A stretch of 64,000 nt of DNA from Luteolibacter sp. (lineage in GTDB: Bacteria; Verrucomicrobiota; Verrucomicrobiia; Verrucomicrobiales; Akkermansiaceae): contig CAXNHR010000001.1 of assembly GCA_964202135.1 (NCBI GenBank), positions 2,795 through 66,794 of the forward strand, given 5' to 3'. The translations under genes were made by a program, and so were the position numbers. Below, piece by piece: positions 51,914-60,780 of this stretch (the stretch's first letter is position 1; the number at the start of each line of letters is the position of its first letter). The notes under the pieces were generated by a model. The model saw only the letters and a program-made list of their open reading frames with translations, ran no database searches and was not told where the DNA came from.

Positions 51914-52770
51914 GGTTCTTCTTCGCGGATTTCACGCAGGAACAACCGCTCCAGCGTGGTGCGGGGTTTGCCTGTGCGCACGATGGCCGCGCCCGGCGTG
52001 CTTTCCACCAGCGCGGTGATTTTTTCCAACAACTCGGGCGTCGCGTCGCGCAGCACGATGTCGGTCTGGTCCTCGATGGAGATCAGCTCCTCCAGCCGCC
52101 CCTCGCGGATCATGCGGCCTTGGAAAATAATGCCGACGTGGTCGCAGACTTCCTGCACTTGCTCTAACAGGTGCGAGCAAAGGAACACGGTGATGCCGCG
52201 GTCGCGCAGCTTGAGGATCAGGTCACGGATTTGCCGCGATCCGACCGGGTCCACCCCGGCGGTCGGTTCGTCAAGAATGACCAGCCGCGGTTCCTGGATG
52301 AGTGCCTGCGCCAGCCCGATGCGCTGGAGCATGCCCTTGGAATATCCGCCAATGCGGCGGTCGCGCGCGTTTTCCAGATCGGCGAGCGCCAGCAGCTCGT
52401 TGACGCGTTCTGTGAGAACCTTGCCGCCGATGCCGCAGAGCCTGCCGTAGAAGCGCAGGGTTTCCGCGCCGCTGAGGTGTTTGTAGAAATAGGGGTTTTC
52501 CGGCAGGAAGCCGACCTCGTTGCGCGAGTCCACCTTGAGCGAATCCTTGCCGAAGATCGCGCAGTTTCCGGACGTCGGAGCCACCAGCCCGAGCAGAGCC
52601 TTCATGGTGGTGGATTTTCCCGAGCCATTCGGCCCGATGAGTCCGTAAACCTCGCCCGGCATGATGCGGATCGAGACGCCATCGACGGCGCGCAGCGGCT
52701 TGCGGCGGAAGGACGTCTTGAAGTCCTTCACCAGGTCGCGGATTTCTACAGCGGGAGTGATTTCTGCCAT
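51910..52770 (-). CDS. ABC transporter ATP-binding protein
   Basis: GPNGSGKST, YSKGMLQR, LDEPTAG, SH. Confidence 0.93.
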   Translation of the reverse strand: MAEITPAVEIRDLVKDFKTSFRRKPLRAVDGVSIRIMPGEVYGLIGPNGSGKSTTMKALLGLVAPTSGNCAIFGKDSLKVDSRNEVGFLPENPYFYKHLSGAETLRFYGRLCGIGGKVLTERVNELLALADLENARDRRIGGYSKGMLQRIGLAQALIQEPRLVILDEPTAGVDPVGSRQIRDLILKLRDRGITVFLCSHLLEQVQEVCDHVGIIFQGRMIREGRLEELISIEDQTDIVLRDATPELLEKITALVESTPGAAIVRTGKPRTTLERLFLREIREEEP

Positions 52771-52888
52771 CGGCGGGCAAACCATGGGCGCTCAAAGCGG
52801 CGGAGTCAACCGGGCCGTGATGCGGGACTTGAGGCCTTGCGCCCGGCCGCTTGCCGGGTAGTTTCACGCGTCCAAACCCACCCCGCGT

Positions 52889-54892
52889 GTGATTTTCGTT
52901 AAACTGTCCGCCACCCTCGTTGCCATCCTCTGCGCTTGCAGCGCAAAGGCAGAATGGCGCAACGAGATCGGACACACGCGCCTGCTCCAGCTCGCGGCGG
53001 CCGCCGGGCAAAACATCCCGGCCGCCACCGGCACCGGCGTGAGCCAGATCGAGGCCAATACCATCGCCGGCGATTACGCACCGGACACGGCCAGCAGTGT
53101 CTTTGCCGGCAAATCCTTCACCTTCAAATCCGGAGCCTCAGGTGTCAGCAGCCACGCGAATCGTGTGGCTCTCAATTTCTATGGCAACGCCAGCCTGCTC
53201 ACCGCCAACAGCACGGTGGATCTCTACAACGCCAGCAATTGGCTGGGCAGTGGTTTTCTCAATCTCCGTGAGGGATTCACCGCCCCAGCCAGCGAGGCGC
53301 GAGGCGTGCAAAACCACAGCTGGATCAGCACGGAAATTTCGGACAGCCAAGCCATCGAGGCCGGCCGCAGACTGGACTTTGCGATCAACCGCGACGGATT
53401 CATCAGCGTGATGGGCTTGAGCAACAATGCGAGTGCCGCCGTGCCGCTACTGCTTGCGCAGTCTTATCATGGCATCTCAGTGGGGCGCGACGACGGGCAA
53501 CACAGCGCCGGCCTCACCACCCTCGACGGGCCGGGACGAGTCAAACCCGAGCTCGTCGCGCCGAGCACAAGTCCTGACGACGCGACGAGTTGGACCACCC
53601 CGATGGTCGCCGGTGCCGCTGGTGTGCTCCGTGCGAAACTCGCCAGCGCGCCATACTCGCAGACCGGTGCCAACCTGCCGCGCGTGGTCAAGGCGCTGCT
53701 GCTCGCCGGTGCCACCAAGGACACGGTGCCAAACTGGTCCAACACCGGAAGCCGCCCGCTCGACACGCGCTACGGCGCGGGCGAACTCAACCTTCATCAT
53801 TCCTACCTCGCCCTGCTCGCCGGGAGCGCCGCCGCATCCAGCAATACGAGTTATGGCATCCGCGGCTGGGCTGCGGAAACCGTCAACCGCAGTTCATCCA
53901 AAACGTGGTATTTCACCATTCCGCCAGGCGCTCCGGGAACGCCATTCTGCGCTGCTCTCACCTGGCACCGCTCGGTGTCATCGCTCACATGGACGGCCTC
54001 ACTGTCCAACCTCGACCTGCGGCTCCATCAGGCCAACGGCTTCACCCTCGGCAGTCAGATCGCCGCCAGCCAGAGCACGATCGACAACGTCGAACTCATC
54101 CATCAAGCCGCGCTGCCGCCGGGAAATTATGCCTTGGTCGTGCAAAACACCTCCTCTAACAACACCGCCATCGGCCTGGCTTGGCACAGCCTGCCAGCCG
54201 TGACCATCACCGCGAGCAATCCGCTCGCCCGCGAAATCGACGGCCAGCAAGGCGCCATTACCCTCTCCCGCAGCGGCGACAGCACCCTGCCGATTTGGAT
54301 TCCACTCGGCATTGGCGGCACGGCCGTGCCCGGCACACACTACCAGCCACTGCCATCCGGAGTGACGATACCCGCCGGACAATCGTCCATTTCCATTCAG
54401 GTCATTCCCATCGCCGATTCACTGGCCCAGGGCAACCGCACGGTGATCGTCACGGTGACGGAGGATTTCGCCTCAGTCCGCGATCCCGCGCAAAACGCGG
54501 TCGTGACCATCGAGGACAAGCCCTTCGATGCATGGCGCTTTGAAAACTTCAGCAGCGCGGAACTCGGCGATCCGGACAGCAGCGGCGAAACCGCCGACCC
54601 CGATGGCGACCGACTCGCCAACCTGATCGAATACGCGCTGGATCTCAAACCGAAGGAAGCGGATGCCACGCCCGTCAGTATCGGCGAAAGCGACGGCTAT
54701 CTGGCGATTTCGGTTTCCAAAAACCCTTCCGCCAGCGACATCACCTGGGCGGCGGAAGTGACTGAAGCTCTCACCAACTGGCAGGCGGCCATCATTGAAA
54801 CAAACGACTCCTCCACCTTCGCCGCCCGCGATACCGTGCGCAAGGTCGATGCCGGGCGCCGTTTCATCCGCCTCAAGATCTCCCGGCCTTGA
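52889..54892 (+). CDS. Secreted subtilase (S8)-like protein with Calx-beta-like and C-terminal sorting-like domains
   Basis: SSHA, KPELVAP, ATSWTTPMVAG, YGAG; tail DPDGD..NLIEYAL...RRFIRL. Confidence 0.7.
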   Translation: MIFVKLSATLVAILCACSAKAEWRNEIGHTRLLQLAAAAGQNIPAATGTGVSQIEANTIAGDYAPDTASSVFAGKSFTFKSGASGVSSHANRVALNFYGNASLLTANSTVDLYNASNWLGSGFLNLREGFTAPASEARGVQNHSWISTEISDSQAIEAGRRLDFAINRDGFISVMGLSNNASAAVPLLLAQSYHGISVGRDDGQHSAGLTTLDGPGRVKPELVAPSTSPDDATSWTTPMVAGAAGVLRAKLASAPYSQTGANLPRVVKALLLAGATKDTVPNWSNTGSRPLDTRYGAGELNLHHSYLALLAGSAAASSNTSYGIRGWAAETVNRSSSKTWYFTIPPGAPGTPFCAALTWHRSVSSLTWTASLSNLDLRLHQANGFTLGSQIAASQSTIDNVELIHQAALPPGNYALVVQNTSSNNTAIGLAWHSLPAVTITASNPLAREIDGQQGAITLSRSGDSTLPIWIPLGIGGTAVPGTHYQPLPSGVTIPAGQSSISIQVIPIADSLAQGNRTVIVTVTEDFASVRDPAQNAVVTIEDKPFDAWRFENFSSAELGDPDSSGETADPDGDRLANLIEYALDLKPKEADATPVSIGESDGYLAISVSKNPSASDITWAAEVTEALTNWQAAIIETNDSSTFAARDTVRKVDAGRRFIRLKISRP

Positions 54893-55030
54893 GTGAGGGA
54901 AAATGCAGCCCAAAAAGGCAAACCCGGATTCCCGGGAAGAATCTGTTAGCAAATCCAGCGTGCGGGCGCACGCCGGATTTGTCGATTATCCCGCTCGACG
55001 GAGCGGAAGCGTGCGCATATTTCATTGTCA

Positions 55031-55606
55031 ATGAAATCGCTGATGGCCTGGGGCTTCTTTTCCGGCATGACCGCGCTTGCGGCCGAGACGAATGCCGCCG
55101 ACTCATGGGAGTGGACGCTGGAAAGCGGCTGGCTCGGACAGGTAGGGAACAACACGGATGCTGAATACGAAATCATTCCCACCCAGCTCACGCTGCGTTC
55201 GCCGGTGGTGTGGACCTGGTGGCAGGATGATTCCGGCGCGCAAGTGATCGTGCGCAGCCGCTATTCGCTGCTCTACAGCACCATCATCCAAGGCCCGGAA
55301 GATTATCATCTCGGCTTCAACGCCGCGCCTTCCATCGAATACTGGCTGCCATCCGGCAAAACCTCGGTCTTCTTCTCGATCGGTGGCGGCGCGGGCTGGA
55401 TCAACAGCTCGGGAGGCACTGACGGGCAAGGCCAGGATCTCACATTCAACTGGTTCAGCCAGCTTGGTCTGAGACAGCAAATCGCGGAGAACCTCTCGTT
55501 GTTGGGTGGATTGTATTTCATCCACCATTCGAACCTCGGCATGACCGATCCCAATCCCGGCATCGACGCGCTTGGCTTCACGCTCGGTGTGGGCTGGAGC
55601 TTTTAG
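55031..55606 (+). CDS. Acyloxyacyl hydrolase (PagL-like outer-membrane beta-barrel)
   Basis: GQDLTFN, HHSN.G...PNPGID, C-terminal F. Confidence 0.8.
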   Translation: MKSLMAWGFFSGMTALAAETNAADSWEWTLESGWLGQVGNNTDAEYEIIPTQLTLRSPVVWTWWQDDSGAQVIVRSRYSLLYSTIIQGPEDYHLGFNAAPSIEYWLPSGKTSVFFSIGGGAGWINSSGGTDGQGQDLTFNWFSQLGLRQQIAENLSLLGGLYFIHHSNLGMTDPNPGIDALGFTLGVGWSF

Positions 55607-56624
55607 TGAAGCCCTTTTCATCCGTAAGCGGCCCACGAGCCTGCAGGCCGAACAACCACAGCCAGATCAGCGAGAGCAGCACTGCGGCCAGGCCGACGTG
55701 CAGGACCTGCACCCACGAGTAGATGTGGATTTGCGCCATCACCAGGCCGAGCACCATTTGCGCCAGCACGATGCCCAGCACCGAACGCTCGACCCATCCC
55801 GGGCCATCCGCGCGATGACGAATGGTGAGCACCCAGGCCCAGATGGTTGCGGCGAAGACCACCCAGGAAAAACTCCGGTGAGCGAGGTATTTCCATGATT
55901 CCTCCAGCTCGCGGACCCAGGTGGAACGCGGCGCGTTGTCATGAAACTTCGCGAGTTCGTCGGTCATTTCGCGCACCTGAGCACCGATCACCCCTTCCAC
56001 GATCACGGTGACGAGCAGCAAGGTGACGGCGAAACGCAGCCGGGCGAGCGGCACGGCCGGCATTCTCACGCGCCACGGATGCTCGGTGCCACGCCACGCG
56101 CAATACATCAGGGTGCCAGTGAGCAGCATCGCCAGCGCGAGATGGGTGGTCAGGACGCCGGGCTTGAGTCCGCTGTAAACGACCCGCGCGCCCATCCAGG
56201 CATTGATGAGCACGATGGCCAGTGAGGCAAAGGCCATCCAGAAAACCAGCGGCCGCCTGCCGCGCTGCCAGAACGCCGCGATGAAGGTGGCCAGCGAGAA
56301 AAAACCGACCGGCAGGCTGCAGAGGCGGTTGATGAACTCGGTCCACACATGGCGCGGATTGAATTCGGCACGCAGGCTTTCCTCCGTGATGGTCGATGGA
56401 TCACGCCCCATGCGCCGCGCCTTTTCCTGGAAGCGCTCGATCGGCAGCTTGTCGAAATCCACATCCTCCACCGAGGTCGGCGGAATCAGGCAGCCCCAGC
56501 AGGTGGGCCAGTCCGGGCAGCCCATGCCGGAACCGGTGACCCGCACGATCGCGCCGACGAACATGAGAAACAGCACGGAGATCAGCGCGGCGGTGGCGAG
56601 TTTCTGAAAGCGCGTCATCGGCAT
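55578..56624 (-). CDS. ctaA: COX15/CtaA heme A synthase family
   Basis: GAIVRVTGSGMGCPDWPTC, EFINR, HL, HR, LH. Confidence 0.85.
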   Translation of the reverse strand: MPMTRFQKLATAALISVLFLMFVGAIVRVTGSGMGCPDWPTCWGCLIPPTSVEDVDFDKLPIERFQEKARRMGRDPSTITEESLRAEFNPRHVWTEFINRLCSLPVGFFSLATFIAAFWQRGRRPLVFWMAFASLAIVLINAWMGARVVYSGLKPGVLTTHLALAMLLTGTLMYCAWRGTEHPWRVRMPAVPLARLRFAVTLLLVTVIVEGVIGAQVREMTDELAKFHDNAPRSTWVRELEESWKYLAHRSFSWVVFAATIWAWVLTIRHRADGPGWVERSVLGIVLAQMVLGLVMAQIHIYSWVQVLHVGLAAVLLSLIWLWLFGLQARGPLTDEKGFTKSSSPHRA

Positions 56625-56691
56625 GGCCGGACCATGCCGCGCAAGATCCGGATTTCCAGCGCAAAGGCGGAAATTTCCGGTCCGCCCGCGC

Positions 56692-57867
56692 TCAGGCTCC
56701 AAGACCCTTGTGCGCTTCGGCAGCGTTTCCGCCGCTATCCGCCGCAGGAGGAATCTCGGGCGCTTGCGTGATCGCCGCCGACCGAGGCTCGTCCGAGGAA
56801 ATGGCCACGCCGATCCAGCGGAAGTCGTCGCTGCCGTCCAGAATCACCTTGAGAACCATCGTCAGCGGCACCGCCAGCAACATCCCGAGCGGCCCCCACA
56901 CCCAGCCCCAGAACATCACCGAGATGACGACCACCAGCGTCGAGATGCCAAAGCGCCGCCCTACCAGGATCGGCTCCAGAAAGTTGCCGAGGAAATTGTT
57001 GATCAACAGGTATCCGCCGGCCACCAGCAAGGCGTTGGGCACGCCAGCCGCCAGCAGCGCCAGAACCACCGGCGGCACCCCCGCGACGAGCGAGCCGATC
57101 ACTGGGATGAAATTGAGTGCGAAGGCGACGATCCCCCAGAGGATGTAGAAATCCAGTCCTGCGGCCCAGCACAGCAGGCCGGCTAGTAATCCCGTGGCAA
57201 GACTCACCACCGTCTTGATGGCGAGGTAGCGCTGGATATCACGGGTGGCACTCATCATGCGGGCGATGTTCGGCCCCTTCGCCTGGCTGATGGCCTCAAG
57301 CCTGCGGCCAAAGCGTTCCGCCTCCGCCAGCATGAAAACGGTGAGAATCAGGAAAATCACCGAAGCCCCGAAAAAACCGAACAATTGTCCCAGAACGCCG
57401 GTGCCCAAATCCCAGATCCTCTCGAAACGGATCTGCTGCAGCGAGGCGAGGTTGTTTTCCACGGCGATGCGGATTTTCTCCTGGGCATCCACCACTCCCA
57501 AGTTCTCAAGATTTTCGGCAAGCCCCTGCGAGGCATCCCTCACTTGCTGATAGATTTGCGCGGCGTATTTGCTGTTCCATTTGTCCTGCAGATCCTGGAT
57601 CAGGACCACACCCAGCAGCACCACGCCGGCGATGAAGGCGAAGTCCACCAGCACCGTGAGCAGAACCGCGATCGAGCGCGGCACCTTGCGCCGGGTCAGC
57701 ATCCGGGTGATTGGAAAACTCACCGTTGCCACGAAAAACGCCAGCAGCACCGGCAGGAAGAAATTCTGCGCCGCCCGCAGCCCCGCCACCATCAGCACAA
57801 GCGCCGCCAACAACAGGATCATCCTGCCTGCACCTTGGCGGTCCGTCCTAAGCTTGTTTTCAATCAC
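56692..57867 (-). CDS. AI-2E family transporter (start uncertain: 57867 or 57822)
   Basis: LNFIPVIGS, GNFLEP, FWGWVWGPLGMLLAVPLT. Confidence 0.88.
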   Translation of the reverse strand: MIENKLRTDRQGAGRMILLLAALVLMVAGLRAAQNFFLPVLLAFFVATVSFPITRMLTRRKVPRSIAVLLTVLVDFAFIAGVVLLGVVLIQDLQDKWNSKYAAQIYQQVRDASQGLAENLENLGVVDAQEKIRIAVENNLASLQQIRFERIWDLGTGVLGQLFGFFGASVIFLILTVFMLAEAERFGRRLEAISQAKGPNIARMMSATRDIQRYLAIKTVVSLATGLLAGLLCWAAGLDFYILWGIVAFALNFIPVIGSLVAGVPPVVLALLAAGVPNALLVAGGYLLINNFLGNFLEPILVGRRFGISTLVVVISVMFWGWVWGPLGMLLAVPLTMVLKVILDGSDDFRWIGVAISSDEPRSAAITQAPEIPPAADSGGNAAEAHKGLGA

Positions 57868-57996
57868 AGCCGCAGTGAAGCCCGCCCCCCGCTCTTCCGC
57901 AATGCGAATTACCGCCACGCCGTCACGGCATGCCCATTCCATCCACATCGCCGCACACTTGCCAAGCGGCCGATGGAAGGCATGCTTTTCGACATC

Positions 57997-58968
57997 ATGA
58001 TGGAACAGCAGCCAGAAGCCGGAATCGTCACGATCACCCTCAATCCAGCGATCGATGAAACCGTGTTTCTCGATCATCTCGAGGTGGGAGCCGTGAACCG
58101 TGCCAGCCGCCATCATCGCCAGGCGGGGGGCAAGGGCGTGAATGTGTCATTCATGCTGGCGGACTACGGACTGGCCAGCACGGCCACCGGATTTCTCGGT
58201 AGCGGCAACACCCGGATCTTCGAGGATGGATTCCGCGAGTCCGGCATCCGCGATGATTTCCTGCGCATAGCCGGCGAAACCCGCACCGGCATCAAGATCG
58301 TGGAGGAAAGCACGTGCGAAACCACCGACATCAATTTCCCTGGTGCAAGACCATCGGCTCACGACTTTGGGCGATTGCTGGAAAAAGTGGAACTGCTGGC
58401 CACTCCCGGTTGCTGGTTTGTAGTGGCTGGCAGCCTGCCGGATGGCATTTCCGTGGCGGACTTCTCGCGGCTGCTGCGCAGCATCCGCGAGGGCGGCGCA
58501 CGCATCGCAGTGGACACCAGCGGAGACGCCTTGCAGGCCGCCGTCGATGGCGGGGTGGACCTGATCAAGCCAAACCATCACGAGTTGGAGGAAATTCTCG
58601 GCCGCCCGCTGCCGGATGCCGCCGCACGGACCGCCGCCGCCATCCGCTTGCAGCGGGAAAAGGTCCCGCACGTCGTCCTCTCCATGGGCGCGGAGGGCGC
58701 ATTGTTTGCCAGCCCGGATGGCGTGTTAATGGCGCAAGCGCCGCCGGTCAAGGTCGTCAGCACCGTGGGTGCCGGCGATTCACTGCTGGCCGGCTACCTC
58801 GCCGGATGCGTCACCGGCCTGCCAGCCGCCGGACGGGCGAAACTCGCCAGCGTATTTGCCCGGTGCGCGCTGGAAGACGTCCGTCGCCGGCTCGTTTCGC
58901 GTTCCAAAATCGAAGCACGCATGCGGCAAATCGCAATCAGGGATGGAGCGACCCATCTTTCCCGCTAA
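57997..58968 (+). CDS. 1-phosphofructokinase-family (PfkB) hexose kinase
   Basis: TLNPAID, GGKGVNVS, GSLP, DTSG, IKPN, STVGAGDS. Confidence 0.9.
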   Translation: MMEQQPEAGIVTITLNPAIDETVFLDHLEVGAVNRASRHHRQAGGKGVNVSFMLADYGLASTATGFLGSGNTRIFEDGFRESGIRDDFLRIAGETRTGIKIVEESTCETTDINFPGARPSAHDFGRLLEKVELLATPGCWFVVAGSLPDGISVADFSRLLRSIREGGARIAVDTSGDALQAAVDGGVDLIKPNHHELEEILGRPLPDAAARTAAAIRLQREKVPHVVLSMGAEGALFASPDGVLMAQAPPVKVVSTVGAGDSLLAGYLAGCVTGLPAAGRAKLASVFARCALEDVRRRLVSRSKIEARMRQIAIRDGATHLSR

Positions 58969-59009
58969 ATGCTTTGCAAGCCCTCAGGGGCGCACTTAGA
59001 ATCCCCCCC

Positions 59010-59246
59010 ATGAACCACTTGCAACTTGCATTCATCGGCTCACTGGGCGGTCAGGAAATCGTCGTCATTTTCCTTATTGTGCTGCTGCTTTTCGGCGCGA
59101 AGAAACTTCCCGAACTCGCCCGCGGCATCGGCAAGAGCATGGGCGAATTCAAGAAAGCCCGCGAGGATTTCGAGAAGGAAATCACCCGTGCTGAAACGGA
59201 CATCCGCGTCAAGGACGCCCCCGGCAAGGAGCCCAAAGACTCGTAA
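59010..59246 (+). CDS. tatA: Twin-arginine translocase TatA/E
   Basis: LLLFGAKKLPELARGIGKSMGEFKKA. Confidence 0.93.
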   Translation: MNHLQLAFIGSLGGQEIVVIFLIVLLLFGAKKLPELARGIGKSMGEFKKAREDFEKEITRAETDIRVKDAPGKEPKDS

Positions 59247-59251
59247 TCCGG

Positions 59252-60328
59252 ATGACTCCGCGTCCTTGGTTTGACCCATCACGCGGCATCGCCGCATGGC
59301 TAGGCAGTTTGGCAGCATGCGCCACGCTCACCCTGGGCCTCGTTTCCTGCGACAAAAAAAAGGGCACGCCCGACTGGGACACCCCCGGCGGTGAAGCTCC
59401 TGCCATCGAGGCGGCCGCACCGGAATCTCCGCCGGAGCCAGTTGCCGAATCCTCGGAGTCCGCGCCGGCCGCTGTTGCACCACCGCCCGCTGCCGATCCA
59501 TCCACATCCGGGCTCAGGTTCATCGCTTACAACGTGGAAAACTGGCTCACCATGGACCGCTATGTGGACCGGAAGTTGCTCAAAAACTTACCCAAACCCA
59601 CCGAGCAGAAAGAAGCGGCCATCCGCTTGTTGGTCGCAGCCACACCGGACGTCATCGGCCTCTGCGAGATCGGCGAGGCCGCCGATCTGGCGGAAATCCA
59701 GCAATCCCTCAAAGCAGCCGGACTCGATCTGCCACACTCGCACTACATCGGCGGCTCGGATCCAGTCCGCCACCTTGGCCTGCTCTCGCGCTTCCCGATC
59801 CTTTTCACCAGCAAACCGGCGGAAACCGACTTCCGTCTCCAAGGCCGCACTTTTTCCATCAACCGCGGCATTCTGGACGCCACCATCGAGGCCCGCGGCA
59901 AGCCCTACCGCTTTCTCGGCGTGCACTTGAAATCCAAGCGCTCGATCGAAGAAGCCGATCAGGAGGAAATGCGGGTGCATGAGGCCCGCCTGCTGCGCCG
60001 TCATGTCGATGCGCTGCTCAAGGAAGATCCGCAGGCCCGCTTGGTCGTTTATGGGGATTTCAATGACACCCGGCCGAGCAATACCTTCAAGACCATCACC
60101 GGCAGCTACAATGATCCCGGCTACCTCACCGCGCTGCCCTTGAAGGACTCGCGCGGCCACGCCTGGACCCATCACTGGGCCCCGCACGATATTTACTCGC
60201 GCATCGACTTCATCACCGTTTCACGCGCGCTGCGTTCCGAAGTCGATTTCCAGGCCTCCCATCTTATCGATTCCGAGGACTGGCAAATGGCCTCCGACCA
60301 CCGGGCGCTGCTCGCCATTTTCTACTGA
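59252..60328 (+). CDS. Endonuclease/exonuclease/phosphatase family lipoprotein
   Basis: LVSC, YNVEN, HLKSK, GDFND, IDF, SDH. Confidence 0.88.
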   Translation: MTPRPWFDPSRGIAAWLGSLAACATLTLGLVSCDKKKGTPDWDTPGGEAPAIEAAAPESPPEPVAESSESAPAAVAPPPAADPSTSGLRFIAYNVENWLTMDRYVDRKLLKNLPKPTEQKEAAIRLLVAATPDVIGLCEIGEAADLAEIQQSLKAAGLDLPHSHYIGGSDPVRHLGLLSRFPILFTSKPAETDFRLQGRTFSINRGILDATIEARGKPYRFLGVHLKSKRSIEEADQEEMRVHEARLLRRHVDALLKEDPQARLVVYGDFNDTRPSNTFKTITGSYNDPGYLTALPLKDSRGHAWTHHWAPHDIYSRIDFITVSRALRSEVDFQASHLIDSEDWQMASDHRALLAIFY

Positions 60329-60420
60329 GCGACAGGACGCGGGGCTTTTCCATGGAATGCAACTTGCGGTTGCCTCACCCGTAGTTAGACTCAGATGTGG
60401 TGATTAACCCACATTCAAAC

Positions 60421-60771
60421 ATGAGCGCATCCCCATTCCAAGACCCCCGTGCCAACAACCTGCTATCCCGCGTGAGCGAGGACGTCGCACTTCTGCGCCA
60501 GGACATCGGCCATCTGGTTTCACACACCGCCCGCCATACTCTTCCTGCCGGTGCCCGTGACTTGGCGGAAACCGCAAGGAACCGCCTGTCCGCCGGCAGG
60601 GTCTATTCCGCAGCACATCTCCGCGCCCTGCGCGATCAAGTGAACCAACCAGCCACCGCATGGATTGGCGGAGCGGTGGTCGTAGGCCTCATCGCCGCCG
60701 GCATTTACTGGTTTTGCAAGAGCGACTGCTGCATGAGCGGCTGCGACGAGGACAGTGAAGACGCCGTCTGA
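60421..60771 (+). CDS. Small tail-anchored protein (DUF883/ElaB-like)
   Basis: Helical N-terminus, P..WIGGAVVVGLIAAG C-terminal TM. Confidence 0.6.
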   Translation: MSASPFQDPRANNLLSRVSEDVALLRQDIGHLVSHTARHTLPAGARDLAETARNRLSAGRVYSAAHLRALRDQVNQPATAWIGGAVVVGLIAAGIYWFCKSDCCMSGCDEDSEDAV

Positions 60772-60780
60772 CAAGCACTC

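Noticed and set aside
50684-52450. 588-aa plus-strand ORF
   Set aside because: Antisense shadow of the ABC transporter genes, typical of high-GC DNA
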